Positions 61,189 through 64,000 of a stretch of DNA of 64,000 nucleotides are shown here, in pieces. The position numbers and the translations under genes are program-made. This DNA comes from an uncultured Gemmatimonadales bacterium. Lineage in GTDB: Bacteria; Gemmatimonadota; Gemmatimonadetes; Longimicrobiales; Gaopeijiaceae. How positions within the stretch are numbered: position 1 is the stretch's first letter; the number at the start of each line of letters is the position of its first letter. The notes beneath the pieces were generated by a model that made no database searches, was not told the DNA's origin, and was given only the letters and a program-made list of their open reading frames with translations. The stretch covers positions 480,001-544,000 of the forward strand of contig CAWGKG010000012.1 of the NCBI GenBank assembly GCA_963823035.1, given 5' to 3'.

Positions 61189-61287
61189 TCCTCACCTGTG
61201 AGACGGGATACGCGAACCGCGAGGAATTTCTTCGACGGGGGGGCGCGTGTCCACGTTTCTCTCGGACGGGACGGCCCCCCACCGCGG

Positions 61288-62473
61288 TCAACGCGCCATG
61301 ATCTCGGCGAGGGCCGCCTGGAAGGTGGACAACTCGTCCCTCGGTGTTGAAGTAGTGCGGTGAGATCCGTAGCGCCCCGTCGACCCCTTTGGCGTCGTAG
61401 TCCAGCACCGCGTCCGTGCGGGTCTGTCCCGTGGTGTTGATGCCGCGCCGGCGGAGCGCGCGCACCAGGTCGCGGCTCCCATGGCCATCGACCGAGACGC
61501 GTCACGATCGCGGCGAGCTCGGGCTCCCCGATCGAGAATGCGCACGCCGGGGAGCGCGGCCAGCTCTTCCCGCAGCCGTCCGGCGAGGTGGCGCACGCGG
61601 TCACGCGTCGCTTCCAGGCCGACCTCCATCGCGTAGCGCGCGGCGGCGCCCGTACCGAGCACGAGCGCCCAGGCGAACTCCCACGTCTCGAAGCGGCGGG
61701 CGTCCGGGGCAGGCTGGTAGAGGTTCTCGTCGATCCAATCCGCTCCCCGCAGGTCGGGGAAGAGCGGCTCGAGGCCAGCGTCGAGCACGCGGTCGGAGAC
61801 CCACAGGAAGCCCGAGCCCCGCGGCCCGCGCAGGAACTTCCGCGCCGTCGCCGAGAGGAAGTCGCAGCCCATCGCGGCCGGCTCGACCGGCATCTGGCCG
61901 ACCGACTGGCAGGCGTCCACCAGATAGAGGATGTCGCGCGCCCGGCACATGCGGCCGATCGCGGCCACGTCCTGGACCAGGCCCGGAGTTCGTGGGCACG
62001 TGCGTCACGGCGACCAGGCGGGGCCGGCGGCGGTGGATGATCTCCTCCACGGCCTGCAGGTCGGCCCCGCCCTCCGGTGCGTCCGGGGCGCGCACCACCT
62101 CGATGCCGAAGCGGTCCGCCAGCGCCACGTACTGGATCTGGTTGGAGACGTAGTCGCTCCGCGTCGTCAGCACCACGTCGCCGGCGGCGAAGCGGATGGA
62201 GGAGAGCGCCTGGGTGAAGGAGGTGGTGGCGTGCTCCGTGAAGGCGACGTTGCGCACCTCGGTCGACAGGAGGCTCGCGACCGCTTCCCTGGCGTCGGCG
62301 ATCGCGGGGGCCGCTTCGGCCTCGGCCTCGTAGCCGCCGATGCGCGCTTCCAGCTCGAGATGCTCCCGGATGGCCGTGAGCACCGGGTCGGGCATGAGCG
62401 AGGCGCCGGCGTTGTTGAGGTGGACGCGGTGCGCGCAGCCAGGCGTCTCGGCGCGCAGGCGCTGGATGTCCAT
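61288..62473 (-). CDS. Aminotransferase class V PLP enzyme (cysteine desulfurase-like); several apparent frameshifts
   Basis: HLNNAGA, THVPTNSG, VDACQSVGQ, ATARKFLRGPRG, RISPHYFNT across frames. Confidence 0.85.
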
Positions 62474-62478
62474 CACGC

Positions 62479-63447
62479 CTACCCGTGCGTCGCCAGGTCC
62501 AGCACCCAGCGCAGCGCGGCCAGCATCACCAGCGTCACGCCCTCCAGGCGCGACACCCGCCATCCCGAGCGCATCATCACCATGACCACGACCACCATCG
62601 CCGTGAGCGCGAGAAGGGACGCGCGCGCGGCGGGGTCGAGCGACATCGGGTGCAGGATGCCCGCGACGCCCAGGACGCCGAGGACGTTGAAGATGTCGCT
62701 GCCGATCACGTTTCCGGCGCTGATGGCCATGTGACCACGGGCCACGCCCGCGATGGTGGTGGCCAGCTCGGGCACGGATGTGCCCGCGGCCACGACCGTG
62801 ACCGCGATGGCCCATTCGCTCAGACCGAAGTTGCGCGCGAGGGCCGTCGCCGAGCCGATGAGGAAGTGCGAGGCCACCGCCACCACCAGCAGACCCGAAC
62901 GCCAGGAGAGCCGCCTGACGCCAGAGGGGGAGCCCCTCGGCCACGCCGCCGCCCGTTTCCGGGGCGGGGGGCGCCATGCCGGTGTGCCGCGCCCTCCACA
63001 CGAACGCCAGGTAGGTGCCGAGCATCGCGACGAGGAGCACGCCGTCGAGGAGGCTCAGATGGAGGTCGATCCCCACCAGCAGGTAGAGGACCACGGTCGC
63101 GGCAACCAGCACGAGCGAGTCCCGCCACACCAGGAGGGCGTCGGTCGGAATCGCCCGCAGGAGCGCGGCGCTGCCGAGGATGAACCCCAGGTTGAAGATG
63201 TTCGACCCGACGATGTTGCCCACCGAGATCGAGCTCTGCCCCTCGAACGCGGCGATGAGCGTGACCCCGAACTCCGGCGCGGACGTGCCGAAGGCCACCA
63301 CCGTGAGGCCCGATCGGCCAGCTCGGAGACGCCGGCGCGCTGCGCCATCTCCGCGGCGGCGTCCACCACGTACTTGGCGCCCACCGCGATGGCGAAGAAC
63401 GTCGCCAGCACGACCAGGGCGTTCGCCCAGACGGGTAGGGACTCCAT
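62479..63447 (-). CDS. Calcium/sodium antiporter (CaCA, YrbG-like); apparent frameshifts near 63315 and 62895
   Basis: Alpha repeats GTSAPE/GNIVGSNIFN and GTSVPE/GNVIGSDIFN. Confidence 0.9.
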
Positions 63448-63506
63448 GGGGCGGGGGCGGCCTCCGGAGAATGCGACTGGACTTCTCGAAGTTAGGCAAA
63501 ATGCGG

Positions 63507-63543
63507 GGTCGGGGTCCACGACGGTCGGCCGTGGACCCCGACC
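63507..63543. terminator. 14-bp hairpin downstream of the amidohydrolase gene
   Basis: GGTCGGGGTCCACG...CGTGGACCCCGACC. Confidence 0.55.
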
Positions 63544-63552
63544 GGCGCGGGG

Positions 63553-64000
63553 TCAGCGGGCGCCGCCGCCCTGCGTGATGTTGCGCTCGGCCTTCTGCTT
63601 GCGGACCATCTCGCGCACGTCCGCGAGGAGCTTCTGCGCGTCGTACACGATGCCGTCCTTGATCGTGTACTTGATGCCGCCGACGCGGATGTTCTCCCCG
63701 GTCTCGTCGTCCAGCTTGGGCGCGCCCGTTCCGTAGAGGACCTTGAGGTTCTCGGCCGGGTTGGCGTCCACCATGATCAGGTCGGCCTTGAGGCCGGCCC
63801 GCAGGATGCCGAAGTCGGGCGGCGTGTCCGAGTACTTGTAGAGCATCTTGGCGCCGTTCATCGTCGCGGCGCGGATGACCTCGAAGGGGGTCAGCCCCGC
63901 CTCGCGGAGCAGCTCCAGCTCACGGATGTAGTCGAAGCCGTACAGCTTGTAGATGAAGCCGGAGTCCGACCCGGTCGTCACGATGCCGCCGGCGTCGTTG
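63553..64000 (-). CDS. Amidohydrolase family protein, C-terminal part (5' end beyond the window)
   Basis: TTGSDSG, EL.LL.EAG.TP.EVIRAAT.NGA, G..ADL. Confidence 0.85.
   Translation of the reverse strand, partial: NDAGGIVTTGSDSGFIYKLYGFDYIRELELLREAGLTPFEVIRAATMNGAKMLYKYSDTPPDFGILRAGLKADLIMVDANPAENLKVLYGTGAPKLDDETGENIRVGGIKYTIKDGIVYDAQKLLADVREMVRKQKAERNITQGGGAR

Noticed and set aside
61195..61232. Possible autoregulatory ECF promoter (GAAATT...CGTCTC) upstream of the sigma gene
   Set aside because: The spacer is 19 nt, longer than the 16 nt seen in the convincing copies; too weak to call.

Overview
High-GC bacterial chromosomal segment with about 65 densely packed protein genes. I found no rRNA operon, tRNA, CRISPR array, transposase or phage genes. 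The gene families (plug-like lipoproteins, an ECF sigma paired with a Ser/Thr kinase-TPR protein, pseudo-receiver-AraC domains, many secreted peptidases) suggest Gemmatimonadota, but that is inference only. Recognisable units: a 4-hydroxybenzoyl-CoA-reductase-like molybdoenzyme cluster (hcrC-A-B) interrupted by a DUF1460 amidase gene; a suf Fe-S operon (sufC-B-D-Rieske ferredoxin-S-U) followed by ogt; lutABC followed by an APC permease and a two-subunit sulfo/phosphonopyruvate-decarboxylase-like enzyme; two ECF sigma modules; a TipA-like MerR regulator with a classic MerR promoter; bacilliredoxin, arginase, thiolase, a PQQ dehydrogenase and several peptidases. About 14 conserved genes carry small frameshifts, most likely long-read consensus errors rather than pseudogenes. 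The best candidate for an undescribed system is 57440-59717 (-), where a pseudo-receiver-AraC regulator runs in frame, through a basic/hydrophobic signal-like segment, into a PBP4/DacB domain with intact catalytic motifs. This could be a one-component cell-wall or beta-lactam sensing regulator. Other leads: an orphan MazF-fold protein, a degenerate class III cyclase opposite the ECF-kinase pair, a miniature 5S-rRNA-like hairpin, and several clear operator and promoter motifs. All family assignments come from motif recognition by eye, not database searches.
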